Of a stretch of 64,000 bases of DNA, positions 1 through 12,697 are shown piece by piece (within the stretch, counting starts at the first letter, position 1; each line of letters starts with the position of its first letter). The notes beneath the pieces were generated by a model that was not told where the DNA came from, made no database searches, and saw nothing but the letters and a program-made list of their open reading frames with translations. Origin of the DNA: Rhizodiscina lignyota (Eukaryota); assembly GCA_010015805.1 (NCBI GenBank), contig ML978123.1, positions 3,100,001-3,164,000 of the forward strand, read 5' to 3'. Made by a program: the position numbers and the translations under genes.

Positions 1-1573
1 GAGACTCCAACTCCGAGCTACTGGACTTCTCACGGATATGCTATTGTTCGCGCCGATGAAATTGGAACAGGACAGTCACCAGGGCTCTTGGATACTCTTT
101 CTGCAGCAACCATCGATTCCTTTCACGAGCTTATTGAATGGGCTTCTGAGCAGTCCTGGTCTACGGGGAAAATTGGGCTTTTAGGCATCAGCTACTATGC
201 CGGCACTCAATGGCACGTAGCTGCACGGCACCCCAAAGGACTGGAAGCAATCGTCCCATGGGAAGGATTTACGAACCTTTATCCCTCTTTCCGTCATGGA
301 GGAATCTTGAGCAATGAATTCTTAAAGTGGTGGTGGAATCGTCAATGCGCTTCAAACCAGTATGGCTTGCCGGGTAGAGCTGCGCGTCACTGGGGCCCAG
401 ATACCATCGAAGGAGATCTGACGGAAGAAGAACTGAAGGGGAACAGAGTGGTGCTCATGGATGAGCTTCCACACGCTCGATTCCGAGACAGCAAATTCTA
501 CACATCCACTAACTTCAATCTGGAAGACATCACGACACCAATGCTCAGCGTCGCGAACTGGGGCGGCATCTTGCTCCATCTTCGAGGTAACGTGGAAGGC
601 TACATGCAAGCCAGCTCTGAGTTTAAGTATCTTCGCTTCATCGTTGGCCGACACGACTTGCCGTTTTACTATCCAGAGGAAGTTGAAGTCCAGCGCAGCT
701 TCCTCGACGCATTTTTGAAAGGTGAAGATCGGGTGGGATGGTCCCGCAAAGGCGCAGTGCCAGCAGTCGACCTTGTCCTGCGAAAAGGAGACGTCGGATA
801 CAACAACCCGGTTAATGAGAGGAAATTTCCACGTCGGCAAGAGAATGAATGGCCAATTGCGAGGACACAATATACGAAATTTTATCTCACTCCTTCTCAG
901 GAGCTTCGGACGACACCTGTGGATCCGGCCACACCACGCAAGATTGGCTACAAAGCACTTGGTACCGCTGATTCGCAGCAGCTCATCTCCTTCAGTACCC
1001 CGCCGTTTGAAGTGGAGACTGAAATCACTGGTCACGTCGTTGCTCACCTGAATGTGTCCGTCACTCCAACCCCAGGTAGCCCCGCGCCTTCCGATATCGA
1101 TCTCTTCTTGAGCCTTAGACATATGTCGTCCTCCGGCAAAGAGGTCTTCTATACTGGAACCGGAGGGGAAGCTGTTCCAATTACGAAAGGGTTTCTTCGC
1201 GTCAGTTTGAGGAAAACAAATCCAGACCACCCGCAGCATCGTCCGTGGCTCCCTCATCGAGATTACTATTCGACTGATGTCCTCCCAGTCATTCCTAATG
1301 AAATTTATGCGGTGGATGTTGAGATCTGGCCAACAAACGCTGTGTTTGAGAAGGGCGAGCGGCTTGTGCTCAACGTCAGCTCTGGAGACACTGATGGCAC
1401 CGGATGGTTCCGCCATAGCGATCAGACCGATAGGTAGGTTTGAGCACAGCACTTCAAGAGTTGTGACAACTAATTCGAACAGACTGGAGAACACGTTTGG
1501 AGGCACAAACTTTATTCATTTTGGCCCAAGGTACTTGAACTACCTGACCGTACCCATCATTCCGCCAAAGTAG
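1..1573 (+). CDS. CocE/NonD (peptidase S15-like) serine hydrolase, 5' end truncated by window edge
   Basis: GISYYA nucleophile motif, WEG motif and C-terminal PepX_C-like domain. Intron 1434-1482 (GTAGGT...CTAAT...AG) joins the last exon LENTFGG...IIPPK*. Confidence 0.9.
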
Positions 1574-2333
1574 GTTGATTTAGCTGAAGGAAGTGCCAAA
1601 TATCAAATCTAACCATTGAAATCACCTATGCCAAGCAAAACAGAATTTTCCTCCCCAAGTGAAAATCATTTCCCGATCTCAACAATGCGCAAGAGGGCAG
1701 GTCGACTCCCTATTGCATTATCTCGACCTGACCGCGTCCCAAACAGCACAATGACTCGCAGCATTCACTCCAAAATCCTGCAAGAGTCTTCTCCCAAATA
1801 ACCAATCATCATCTCCTTATCTTCATTATATAGCCAGATAAGCCATTCGAGCGACGACCGTCCCCAGCCTCGAGCATATCGGCCATACAAGTTCAGTTCC
1901 GGTTTCGTTGGACCTGGCTCCTCTGACTCGGAAATCGACCGAACTTCTTTAGAAGCTGTAATATGAACCGATTAAAATGACATGGAAGATTTATTCATCC
2001 TCAGTTTTGCGCCATGAAGGTCCCAGGACCAGTGTCGAAGAAGCAATGGCTTGTGCGCATTCACGCACACGGCACAAAGCACAAGGCAGTTTTCTCATAG
2101 ATGAATTGTACGGCATCGAAACCAAGAGAATAATGCAGATAAAATGTATGGTCAAGCAACTTCTCTCATGTGATTCGCTCACTCAATTTTGATGATAGAC
2201 CGATCATCCGTCGGCAGAGGTATCTGCAAGGCTCAATTCTGAGTGGAACAAGCTCCACAGCGCCGACCCATTCATGCTCTGCAGCGCTAGCCTGCCCTTG
2301 TAATTTTAGCGACCCCTGGATAAAAGGAACTTC

Positions 2334-4383
2334 TCAGACGCCAGAGTCCTGTTCCGTAACGCCGCTGCCATCAACATACGTCTCCCACGCGCTGCAAGTC
2401 GAGTTCAGCACGTCAAAGTCTATCAACGCCCGAGCCTCTGTGTATCGTTCAACGAACTGCATGTCAAGCCCTTCCGAAGTATGCCACCCAATGTGGCAAT
2501 GCATCAGCCACGCTCCTGGATTGTCTGTCTTAAACGCTATGACGAGATATCCCGCAGCGAGGAGAGTCGCGACGTCGCGGCGCGGCGGATTGTCATAATT
2601 GAGCGTTACTGAGGAGTTGTATGTTGCCGAGCCAGCGCTTGCCATGACGTAGAAGTCGTGGCCTGAGTGGATTGTTAGCGGGAAGAGTACGGTTTGCATA
2701 AACATATATGGTGGAGTAAGTACCGTGCAAGTGAATCGGATGCGGCACAGTAAGTGTCGACTCAATAATGAAATACACCCATTCACCAGCGTCATCAAGC
2801 TCGATCACTGCCTCCGCATCTGTCCAGTCAGTGTCGTTGTTATAAATTTGAAGTAGTGTCGGATTTTCCCATTCCACTTCCATGGTTGTGCTACCAATGC
2901 GCCATTTGAACAGATTGCCGCTAGTGCTGAGAGCCACGCTCAGATCATCGCCCGTATCGCTGTCGGTAATGGTGCCAACTGTCTGGGATAAATATGGTAC
3001 CAAATTGGAACTGTCTTCGTCGACGCACTCATTGTTGTTGCTGTAGCCGGTACTTGTCGGATCGGAAGTGCTGCTGGAATCATAGCGGATAATGCCTTTG
3101 ATGTCATCGGCATTGGCATTCTCGCTGCAGGAAGATTGAGGTATTGCGCGCATCCAATAATCGGCGGTCGATTGATCGGCTTCGACTATAATGTCATAGC
3201 GTTGCCCTTAGACTCCATGTCAGTGACTTATAAAGCAAATTCGTCGCGCAGAAAATAGTCCCCACTGCTTACCCATTGTAATGTCAAGCACCTCGGTGGT
3301 GTACGGAGTTATTGGAACAAGGTCAGAGGCTATGACAGTCATAGTGTGATTGTCCATGGAGAACTTGAAGTAAGTATCGATGGCCGAATTGATTACTCGA
3401 ATGAGGTATTTCGTTCCTGAGGAAAACGTGGTTTCGAAGCGTGAGCCAACAACACTTCCGCTGTCGTTGTATGTGTTTGTCCCATTGATGAGTCCATTGT
3501 CTAAAGTCGGAGGTCCCACAGTTTGGGCATAACTGTACAGTGCATCGACGGTTTCATGGCTCCAGTCAACAAGAGTCAATGGACCCAAATCCACATCCCA
3601 ATCGGCAGTACTTGGACCATGAATCACAATAGGACCTAAGCACATTAGTGAGAGTTATCACAGGTATCGGCAAAGGAGCACAGCAGTACCGAAAACACCC
3701 TCCCAAGCTTGCAGTGAGAAGTGCGAATGGTACCAAGTTGTACCATACTGAACGGCCTTCCAGGTGTAAGTCATTGATTCGCCGGGCTGTATCATTGTTA
3801 GAAGAGTACGAAAATCAGCGCACGCGGTGGTACTTACTGCGATTGGGCATTGGGTAAGTGATGGCACGCCATCATTTGGATTTGTCCAATTTTGTCGTAT
3901 GCCATGCCAATGAAGGCCCGTACCGTTATTCTCCAAGCTATTCGTGACGTGGACTACGACAGTATCCCCCCAATTCGCTTCGATCGTTGGGCCGGGTATG
4001 GATCCATTGACGGCAAGGACAATGCGTTCAACACCGTCTGGAGATGCGGTAGTATTGGTTATTTCAAACCAGTACTGTAAGCGCAGTTAGAATTCAGCCA
4101 AACTGAATCCGAGATGCGAATCTCATTGTCTTGAGGGGGTCGTCCGACATACCTCAACAGTTTCTCCAGTCGTTGGTCCGTCTGAGTAGTAGTCCGTATC
4201 TATGCTGAAATCACACCAAGTTGATCTGTCGCTAGCAGAGTTTCCGGTACAAGTGGAGATGGCGGCAGATGAGGTTGAAGTAACTGAAGCTGTAGAATTT
4301 GCAGAGGAGCTTGCCCGACGAGCAAAATGCGTGATACCTGCAGTAGTGAGCGGAAAGAGTATGGAAAATATTAGAGAAAACAT
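2334..4383 (-). CDS. Secreted laccase / AA1 multicopper oxidase, multi-exon
   Basis: Signal peptide MFSLIFSILFPL. All four Cu-binding motifs present: LHWHG, WYHSH, HPIHLHGH, HCHIGWHTSEGL. First intron 4152-4075; further short introns between the ORF pieces. Confidence 0.95.
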
Positions 4384-5634
4384 CGTGATGAAGAGATTGA
4401 GAGAACCGATGAAAAATGTTGCAAAGAAGGGAAGTTGATTATTCTTCTTACAGCTGTAGCGTACGACTTGATATAAGCCTCTATCTGATCTTTCAACTTG
4501 GTTCTCTCGAACCTTAGCACTTTCAAAGGAGATACTAGTCAGTCTCATAGACTAGTGGCAAGAACGCATTAAGGGACGCGTCAGAAACTAAAAATGGAAG
4601 TCTTGTTCAACCGCGGGACGGGTGTCGAAGTTGAATAGCGCTCCGTGTGAGAGCCTCTTGACTCGGCGGATTTTGGTAAAGCCTGTGTACGAAGTCTTTT
4701 CAGCACACGAGGCACTATTCAATAGTCACGTTCGAGTCAGTGCCGCCAGCAAAGAGACTCCATGATGCGGTAGACCTATGCTGGCCAAGCCCCACAACGG
4801 TGGTCCACGAACGTTTCGCTGGAGTGCATCGCCCTTGAACTGTGCCACAAACTATGGCGTACGACGTCCAGACAACGCCCTAGGAGAATTCCTTGAAACA
4901 ACCAGGCCTGTGCACGTAGAAAAGATTAGGGTTCGGATGCAGCCCGAATCCCCGAATAGGGAGAGACTCCTGAGTGCCAAGTCTATACCGTGAAGCACAT
5001 CATATTGTACGCGTAATTCATGTTAACTGCAAGATCGGCGGCTATCATGACAGACGGAAAGGAACCAGATAACTGAGGACGGAAAGGCGCACAGGAATGT
5101 TTAGGCCAAATGTAAGGAGCACCCTTGTCGGGAACGGCGTCTTTTCCTGTTCTGGATTAAGGAAATCTCCGCGTCAGCTTCATCACCAGATCTCGCGCTA
5201 GCTGATTCAAACCCTTCCAACCTCCTCCTCATTTCGTTATACCATCCCCGGCCGCGCCATTATATCTGCCATGCCCTATATACCTCCTCACTGCGTAACC
5301 CTCGACTGTGCTGCGCTCTGAACACGCGTCCAATACAGCATCTTGATCGACTGCGCCGCTCTCGTTCAGGAGATGGATTTCGTTGATGTACACGTACTTC
5401 TGCTCCACCGCTGGATCCGCACTATATGCGGCTGAATGGTACCCTAGGATACAAGTGAGCCGGGAAATAAGCATTGCGCGGCACTATGTTGGATGTGGAC
5501 GATGTTGATGGTGTCTATCCTCACGTTCTCGGTTTAAGAGTGCGCGATCTTGCATTGCCGTAAATTTTTCCGTCTCTGCACCAAATTTCAAATCATTTCT
5601 ATTGAAATTTTACTCTATAAGTTTCAATTAAATC

Positions 5635-6315
5635 ATGAAATATTATCAACCTATTATCCTCCTTTTCACATTCCTTTGCGGCTCTCCATGGCTCAACGTA
5701 AATGCTCAATCTCAGCTTGCTAAGCGAGCCTCGGGCTTTTCACTGTATGCGTATGGAGCAAACATTTCCGGCTCTAGAGTCTTTTACAACAACGGTACGG
5801 TACTGACACTTCTGGTGTCCATTCGCTCTAATTTCATCTAGGAGGAGCGTATTGCGGTCCATTCGGGGCACCGTCCGCAATTGCTGCCGCGAGAAACGTG
5901 ACATGTATGTCCCTCCCTTCACACGAGCTGCACACTGTGCTCGGCTAAAAATGTCCGCGTAGTCTCAATCTCAGGCATATCCTCTATCGTGTTTGCCCCG
6001 GAAAACTCTACCGCCAATGGAACGTCAGGCTCACTCCTGTACATTCCAAACACTGATTCCGGCCCTCAGCCTGTGGGTTTCAACAACGCTACATCGACAG
6101 AACGAAACAATACCGGCTTTGGCTTCTACGGGCCTTGGCTCTTCCACGTCGCCAGTAACGGGGACATTGAGATGAATTGGTACGCATTGCCAACAAATCA
6201 GACCGACATATTTCGGATTGAATGGGGTAGCTCTGCGGTGTCATCAACTCAACCAAGTGCAACCCTTGTAGCATTGAGGACGGCAGCACCGGTTGTCGGT
6301 TCTCCGAAGGAATGA
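5635..6315 (+). CDS. Small secreted hypothetical protein, 3 exons
   Basis: Signal peptide MKYYQPIILLFTFLC and KR site. Two GT-AG introns link SGFSLYAYGANISG to GFGFYGPWLF...VALRTAAP. Confidence 0.7.
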
Positions 6316-6505
6316 TGCTGATGTTCAATCTGTCCAGTGGACGTCGGACGTTCTGGTATCGACAATGGGTTACATATCTCGTTTACTGTTTCAATGATCA
6401 TTACAGCTAGCTCTATATTTGCCGTGGTTCGCAGTGTACTGTTGTTCTTCACTATAACCATATTGATTGACGGGAGGTTCTATTAATGATTGCGCTCCAG
6501 GATTT

Positions 6506-7699
6506 TTAAGTTGTACCGCTGAAATTGCTGATGAAGACCACAAGGACAGCACAATAAGCGGCTGATGCAGCAAAGATTTCGTGTCGCTTTGCAACCGTGA
6601 GCGCACCCATCGCACCAGAGAACAATAGTGTGAAGACCACGAGGACTGCAATCGCATTGAATGTCGAGTGCTGTGACCGGCTAAGGCTTGTCATCTTGTA
6701 CATGACCACGACAGGGACCACAAGGAGTATGAATATCAAGCTGGTGATGATTAGTCCCACGAAGAACTCAACACGCGACCTCGAATAATAATGGACATCC
6801 TTGTCGTCGGTCTTTTGCCGCAATTCAGGAGTGGAGAACATTTTCTGCCACACTCGAGTCAGTCTGAAGAAAAATCGCAGTGACCACAACACTTCGCTTA
6901 CCCGCACTAGTGAAGACTTCATCCTCATCAGGACAGTCTCTACTATTCCATCAAAGGTGGACCATTCCCTTCCATTATTGAGAGTGATGATATCTTCTTT
7001 GTGTCTAATAAATTCTTTTTCCTTTGTCACGAATGGTGCGGTATTCGAGAACCATGTCCTCACGCTTTTGTAGTCTCTCTCAGATGGCTTTTGGAACGAT
7101 GCTATTTCTCTGGCTTGTTTGAGGATTTTGCCTGCCGGAAAATGTCAGCAACAAGGTCTCATGCTACAAGCCGGAGAGGGACATGCCGTATTCTGTGATC
7201 TTTGCTTTAATCTCTGCTAAGATGGTCTGTCTGTTTCTCTGTGGCGTTCCTTGTTCACTTTCACTGTTGCAGCTCCGAATGTCTTTCCTTCTGGATTTCA
7301 GACGCGCTGTCTCGCCATTCGCCTTTTGAATTTTATCAAGCCGGCATAACTCATCTTCTAAGACAACAATTTCATCTTGGAGGTTCAAGAGCACACGGGA
7401 ATAAAGATAGCTGAAGCCGCGGTAGAGAGAGAAATTCGGTTCGCTCGACAAGAACGCAGCGGTGCGGGAGTAGCCTTCGGTGCAGTCTTCCACTGTGCGC
7501 ATTTCAGCTGCGAGTCATTCAAGTGATAGACGGATATTTGAATCTTACGCTTGCGTACTGCTATGGAGCTTATCTCCTCCTCGGTCTTCTTCCGTTCCTC
7601 GCATTCTTTTCGGCGCTCCTCTCTTGAATTCCGATACCAAGGCCGATTGATGAATGACCACCAGCCTGATGAGCGGCAGTGTAAGTCACGACGCGTCAT
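6506..7699 (-). CDS. DUF6594-like membrane protein (C-terminal TM helices), multi-exon
   Basis: N-part GYSRTAAFLSSEPNFSLYRGFSYLYSRVLLNLQDEIVVLEDEL. C-part is hydrophobic and ends AKRHEIFAASAAYCAVLVVFIS, which I recognise as the DUF6594 signature. Confidence 0.85.
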
Positions 7700-8133
7700 T
7701 TAAGAAAGAGGCAGTGGCAGTGCGTACCACGTGTTGGTGGTGCTTGACCAGCTTCTTCATCGTAAGCAATGTTCAGAGGCTTCGTACTCGAGACGCTGCC
7801 TGAACTAGTTGGAGAGACTTGACCCGAGCTCTCAATGCTCGGGCTGCACTTCTCCTCCATGCCTGGCGGATGCCAATTTTGAACAGAAAGTGATTAATGA
7901 TGTTCCTCACAAACATCGAAGGGGATATGCACAACTTTGAACCAAAAAAGCTCTATTTGGCCCCTCAATTCAGCTCGACCTCTACAATCGAAATAGAAAC
8001 CCTAACGCGTTTCACCGGAAAGATTTCGTTGCCTCGTTGCCTGAGAGAACAAGGCTGTGCACATGCATCCAATACATTTACCGCCGGTGAACCAGGACAT
8101 ATGCAGCTTCCCCGCCCGAGGCACATTCAAGCC

Positions 8134-8412
8134 TCATTTCAGATCGTACAATTCACTTTCGTCGAACCAATCCCCGCCTTTATACAATATGTTGGAACCC
8201 TTTTTCTCTTCCAGCTGATACTGATACGTATTGCCATCCTTGACGTATCTGCGTTTGGCGATGAAGAACGTGAGGCTTGACATGTGGCCGGATTCCTCAA
8301 CGGTCATGGATACTTTATCGCCCTTCTCATACTCCGGTTCGACCTGTTTGGTTTAGCGAGAATGCCGATCGTAGTGTCAAAGTTTGAAAAGTTTGTCTAC
8401 CATTCCAGCCAT
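8134..8412 (-). CDS. Small 73-aa hypothetical protein (SH3/KOW-like beta pattern), 2 exons, absent from the ORF track
   Basis: Exon 1 8412-8401 (MAGM); intron 8400-8344 (GTAGAC...GCTAAAC...CAG); exon 2 8343-8134 is open for 69 codons: VEPEYEKGDKVSMTV...YQYQLEEKKGSNILYKGGDWFDESELYDLK*. Confidence 0.6.
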
Positions 8413-9239
8413 TCTTGGGCTAACCTGGGATTTTTCTTGGGGGGATTCAACCCTCTCCAAATTCTGATTACCAGCAATCAGCAAAAATGTTCAAACGGTG
8501 CCATATTGCGGCAAAGAGCTGACCAGTGTTTGATCCGACATGCTGGGCGAAATGATTTAAACGCTGACAATTTCAATGCGAGCTAGAATTTCAATAGGAT
8601 TGGTCGTCTATTAGAGTTAAATATTTAGGAACACGGAGAGTCAAGCCCTGACACCTCCCTTAAATAGTGTCACAACCATTTTGACGCTGATAACAAACAG
8701 TCTTCTGCCTTGTGTCCCAGCTAAGCCTTACCTCCTTGCCTTCTCTTGCCTTACGCCGGGGGTCCAAGTTCTCCCACAATTCCAGAAACTTGGCAAGCCG
8801 CAACCGTGCAATCGAATTTGTGAAGCTAATGAATATTCTGCAAATCAAGTTATCATAACATTTTTGCATTTAATTTACTTGCTGTTCAAAATATAGCGGA
8901 GATGGGAGGATAACCGCAGCGAAATGCAAGCGACTTTCGAAAGGCAAGTGAGCCCAAGAATTGGGGCGTTGAACCAAGCCACAATCAGAAAATCGCGCTG
9001 TGCTGTTAAGGCAAACAATCTTAATCACCATCAGGACAATGTCTATGGGAGGGCACCGCCTCCAATCAAGGCAATTGTTAGTTCTGATTTGGAACGATCG
9101 GATTTGAGCCGCAAGGCTGGGGTTTCGGCCTTGTAATAAAGACCATGCATCAGCATGCCAATCAATCATTTATATGCCCTGCTTTTCATCTAACCACCAA
9201 CCATACACTCACAACTGACACTAGCGCTTTCTGTGAATC

Positions 9240-10732
9240 ATGTCGACTACAGATGCGCCTATTGTTAGGCTGGATATGCAGTCAGTCGACAACTCATGCG
9301 CTTTGGAGTCTCAAGCCCTCATCGCTGGGCCTCCTGAAGCGCGCCCAATTCCTGACGATGAGCAAAAGTCGCAGCTCGCTGCATCTGAAATGCAGCTCTG
9401 GTGGAATGAAGGATGTGGGTCAACTGGGTACAAGCATGTGGCGGTGTTGCTGGTCAAGTGGATTGATGAGTTGGATGATCTAAAATGTGGAGAAGAGGTC
9501 CGTCCATAGGCTTGTTAAGTTGAAATTGTTTAATGCTGTGTTGACAATCCTTTTGACAGGTTTATCGCCTCCGGGACGTTTTCCGCGACTCATTCCACTA
9601 CGAAGCTGAGGTTGTCGAGCTCAATATCGCAACGAACGTTGATATTCAACTTTCATTACATTTCACAACTTTTCTGAAAAAACATGACGGGCAAGACACA
9701 CTCATCGTCGTGTATTATTCCGGTCATGGATCTCATGAAAAGAAGTTGGAAACTCTCACTTTGCACCCGTAAGGCCACTCGTGTTGAGAATTGAACCATA
9801 CTGACGCTCGCATTAGGACAAACCGGATATCAGACACTAACAGCCAGACGGAACATAACTGGCAAGCAAAAGCGGTCTGGGAGAAGGCTGAAGTGCATCT
9901 TCTAGAGAACGCAAAGTGCGATGCACTGTCAATCCTTGATTGCTGTTTTGCAGGTGATGTCCATAAAGGCGGCATTATGGATGATGATAGAACATATCAG
10001 CTTCTAAGTGCTGCAGGACGACAAAAGCCAACAAATCGGCCCGGGCCGCGATCGTTCACGTCTGCACTGATCCAATCTTTAATGGGACTTCTCGAGGAAC
10101 GCCAGGGACGACCGTTCACCACGTTACAGCTTCAGAACCGCATCTCACAACAAGAGCATCGAACAAGGAATCCGCCGTTCCTTTGGCACCGTCTCAAACG
10201 AGATGAGCGTATGATCTTCCTGAGTCCCTTGGCAAAGCGATCGCGGAAGAACTCTCTGGACAACGTCGAGCCTAGCCGCGCTTTTTTGACGTTTCGCATA
10301 GCCTTGTCAGAGGAAAGACTCAATGAGAAACAAGTGAAAGAGCTTGGGAAGGGCATAACTCAAGCTGCTGAGACGTCAGGTGCTCCAGTCCGACGCATTG
10401 ATCTCGTCAGCTACTCGCTGTCAACACGCAGGAGCACCTTACTGCAGATGATCAAAAAAAACACAATTGCAGCGATTAGATTCCGGCTTGGCTCAAAAGG
10501 GAGCTCTAGTCCCGTCCAAAGTGCTTCTGAGGATCGTATGTTTCCGGTGACTCCAAGTTCTGACGCTGAGCAACCGTCGGATGATATCCAGGACGAATTC
10601 AGAGATGGCGCCTTGTCTTCCTCGATATCGCGAGAGCTACTACAGCAGATGCCAAAGAAGCGACGAAGATCATTAGGGTCGAGATCTACGGGAGGTAGTC
10701 AAGAGAGTCCGAAGAAGTCACGCTTGGGGTAA
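9240..10732 (+). CDS. Caspase-like (clan CD / peptidase C14-like) domain protein with low-complexity C-terminal tail, 3 exons
   Basis: GYKHVAVLLVKW, LIVVYYSGHG (catalytic His) and LSILDCCFAG (catalytic Cys), followed by YQLLSAA and SFTSALI. Introns ~9498-9559 and ~9768-9815. Confidence 0.8.
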
Positions 10733-10842
10733 ATGGGTGAAACGTCATATGCTCGATGCCGCAGTTAGCGGATGACAGCTCAGACTCATTTTTATTTAAT
10801 GGAGTCAAGAACCAGATGGGTGGTCAGCGTCTGAGATATGAT

Positions 10843-12014
10843 TCAGTCTATCGTGGTCACTTGACCACGTTCTGAGCTCTGCAACACTTTGTCAAGTAGA
10901 TAGTGCATCTTCAAAGCCTTCTCGAAATCCATATATGAGCCTTTATCCCCCTTTGCGTACTCTTCATAGAGTCTGCCGATGTTAGCCGCCCACGGACCGA
11001 GCTTCGAGCACTCGTCTTCTTCGATCGGAACTTCTTTCTCTTCTTCGTCTGTCGTCTTGATACGAATTTTCATTCCGTCTGGGCCACACCAGATTGCGCA
11101 GATTGGAGAAGTCACTTGAATATCGCCATTCTCTCCGTGAATGTTCCAAACGCAACCCAGTCCGTTGATAGGTTGGCCTCCGCGTAAAGTGAGCGAAAAC
11201 ACTGCGCCGGAAGTGAGCCGACCCTGGACATAGACGTGGTCAGGTGCTGGCTTTGGAACGTCTTTTTCAATAATTTGATTTGTTGCACGGTCGACTAGAT
11301 CCACAACGGGGTATTGAACTGGTAAAAGGCTCGACAATGAGTTGACTTGGCCAAGCGTTGCGGTGAACGTCGTCATCCCTTTTGTTCTGGATTAGCGCGA
11401 TAATTGAAGTGAATTAGGCCGGAAATGAAGACCCTCTTACAGTGCGCAAAGTATATCAACGGTAACATCCCAGATGACTCTTTTGGAAAGAGATATTTCA
11501 CGGTTGCTGCTTCTACACGGCCTGTACCAGATGGCACAAGCATGGTCTCGCTACTCGTTATCCGTCCAATAGTCCCACTTTCGACCAACTTTTTCACAGT
11601 ATGGCCAACCGGCTCGAGACCACCTTGAGCGCCGACTATAGTTTTAACGCCCTTCTCTTTCGCCAGCTGCGCGAGCTCTTCAGCTTCTTGGAGCGTGTAG
11701 CCAAGTGGCCACTCCACGTACACGTTCTTGCCGGCCTCAAGCACGGGTTTGGTGGCCGCATAGTGGTCTGGTGCCTTGACTGAGACAACTACCAGATCAA
11801 TATCGGGATCCTTTACAAGTTCGGCGATAGATCCGTATGCTTTGGTACTTGAAGGCAACCCAAAGTCCTTGATTGCAGCCTGAGATGACTCCTCAGACGA
11901 ATTGACGATCGCAGCTATTTCATAATGTGGAGATTTCGAGAGATATGGGAAATGTGCAGTACGGGCCCAGCCTCGTTTTGAGAGTCCAACGAATCCGATT
12001 CGGATCGGAGACAT
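10843..12014 (-). CDS. Gfo/Idh/MocA family NAD(P)-dependent oxidoreductase (Gal80-like)
   Basis: MSPIRIGFVGLS, AH-P, DIDLVVVSVKAPDH and VYVEWPLG motifs. One intron starting at 11440. Confidence 0.9.
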
Positions 12015-12697
12015 CTTGTGAGATGGTTTTGCTGAATGCAAACGGCCGGAGCTCACGCGGTTTGCATATGATACTTCGCCTAAGATCGTAATTCGATTTT
12101 GAGTTTCAATTGAACCAATGAATCTGTCAATTGTGAAAATTGGAGGTTGATATGAACAACATAATTGGGAGGAGACTGACAAAGGACGAGGCGGAGTCCA
12201 AATGATGGGTGCCCCGCCCGGAGATTGCGGGTTTACATTTCAAAGCAAGTCCGTCCAAAGTATCTTCAAACAGCTATCCTATTCACGCGGATGATCAAAG
12301 AAGAGAGGACGAACATTATGTGTGCCCATGAAAGGATGTTCTAAACAGTGTCAGCAAAGTACTCTACAGTCAATCTGCGGAGACGATGCGGAGGAACTTC
12401 TTCCGGGACTATCCATAATTAGATATATATTTCTACTCGATCGGTATCATATCCCTCTTTTGGCTAGTAATGCCCATATTTCGTCTTGCTTCATACTGAC
12501 GGAGAGATGGGGCTAGCCGACTCCGGAGGCCTCTCTCTACCGAGATTTAGTTGCAGAGGACCTGGGAGTCTATCTCTCACAGTACATTTTCTCAAGAATA
12601 ACCCAGCTGAGATCTCATTCAGGTTTCAAATCTGAGTATCCACACGAATTGGGACCTTTGGAATACCCAAAATACGATAGTGAGAGCCTCTGCAAGA

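Noticed and set aside
352..1506. 384-aa minus-strand ORF (and similar long antisense ORFs at 17014-17538, 21239-21973, 41852-42671)
   Set aside because: Antisense shadows of well-supported genes with no motifs of their own.
7897..8586. Plus-strand ORFs of 127 and 100 aa
   Set aside because: No motifs; better explained as antisense to the spliced minus-strand micro-gene at 8134-8412.
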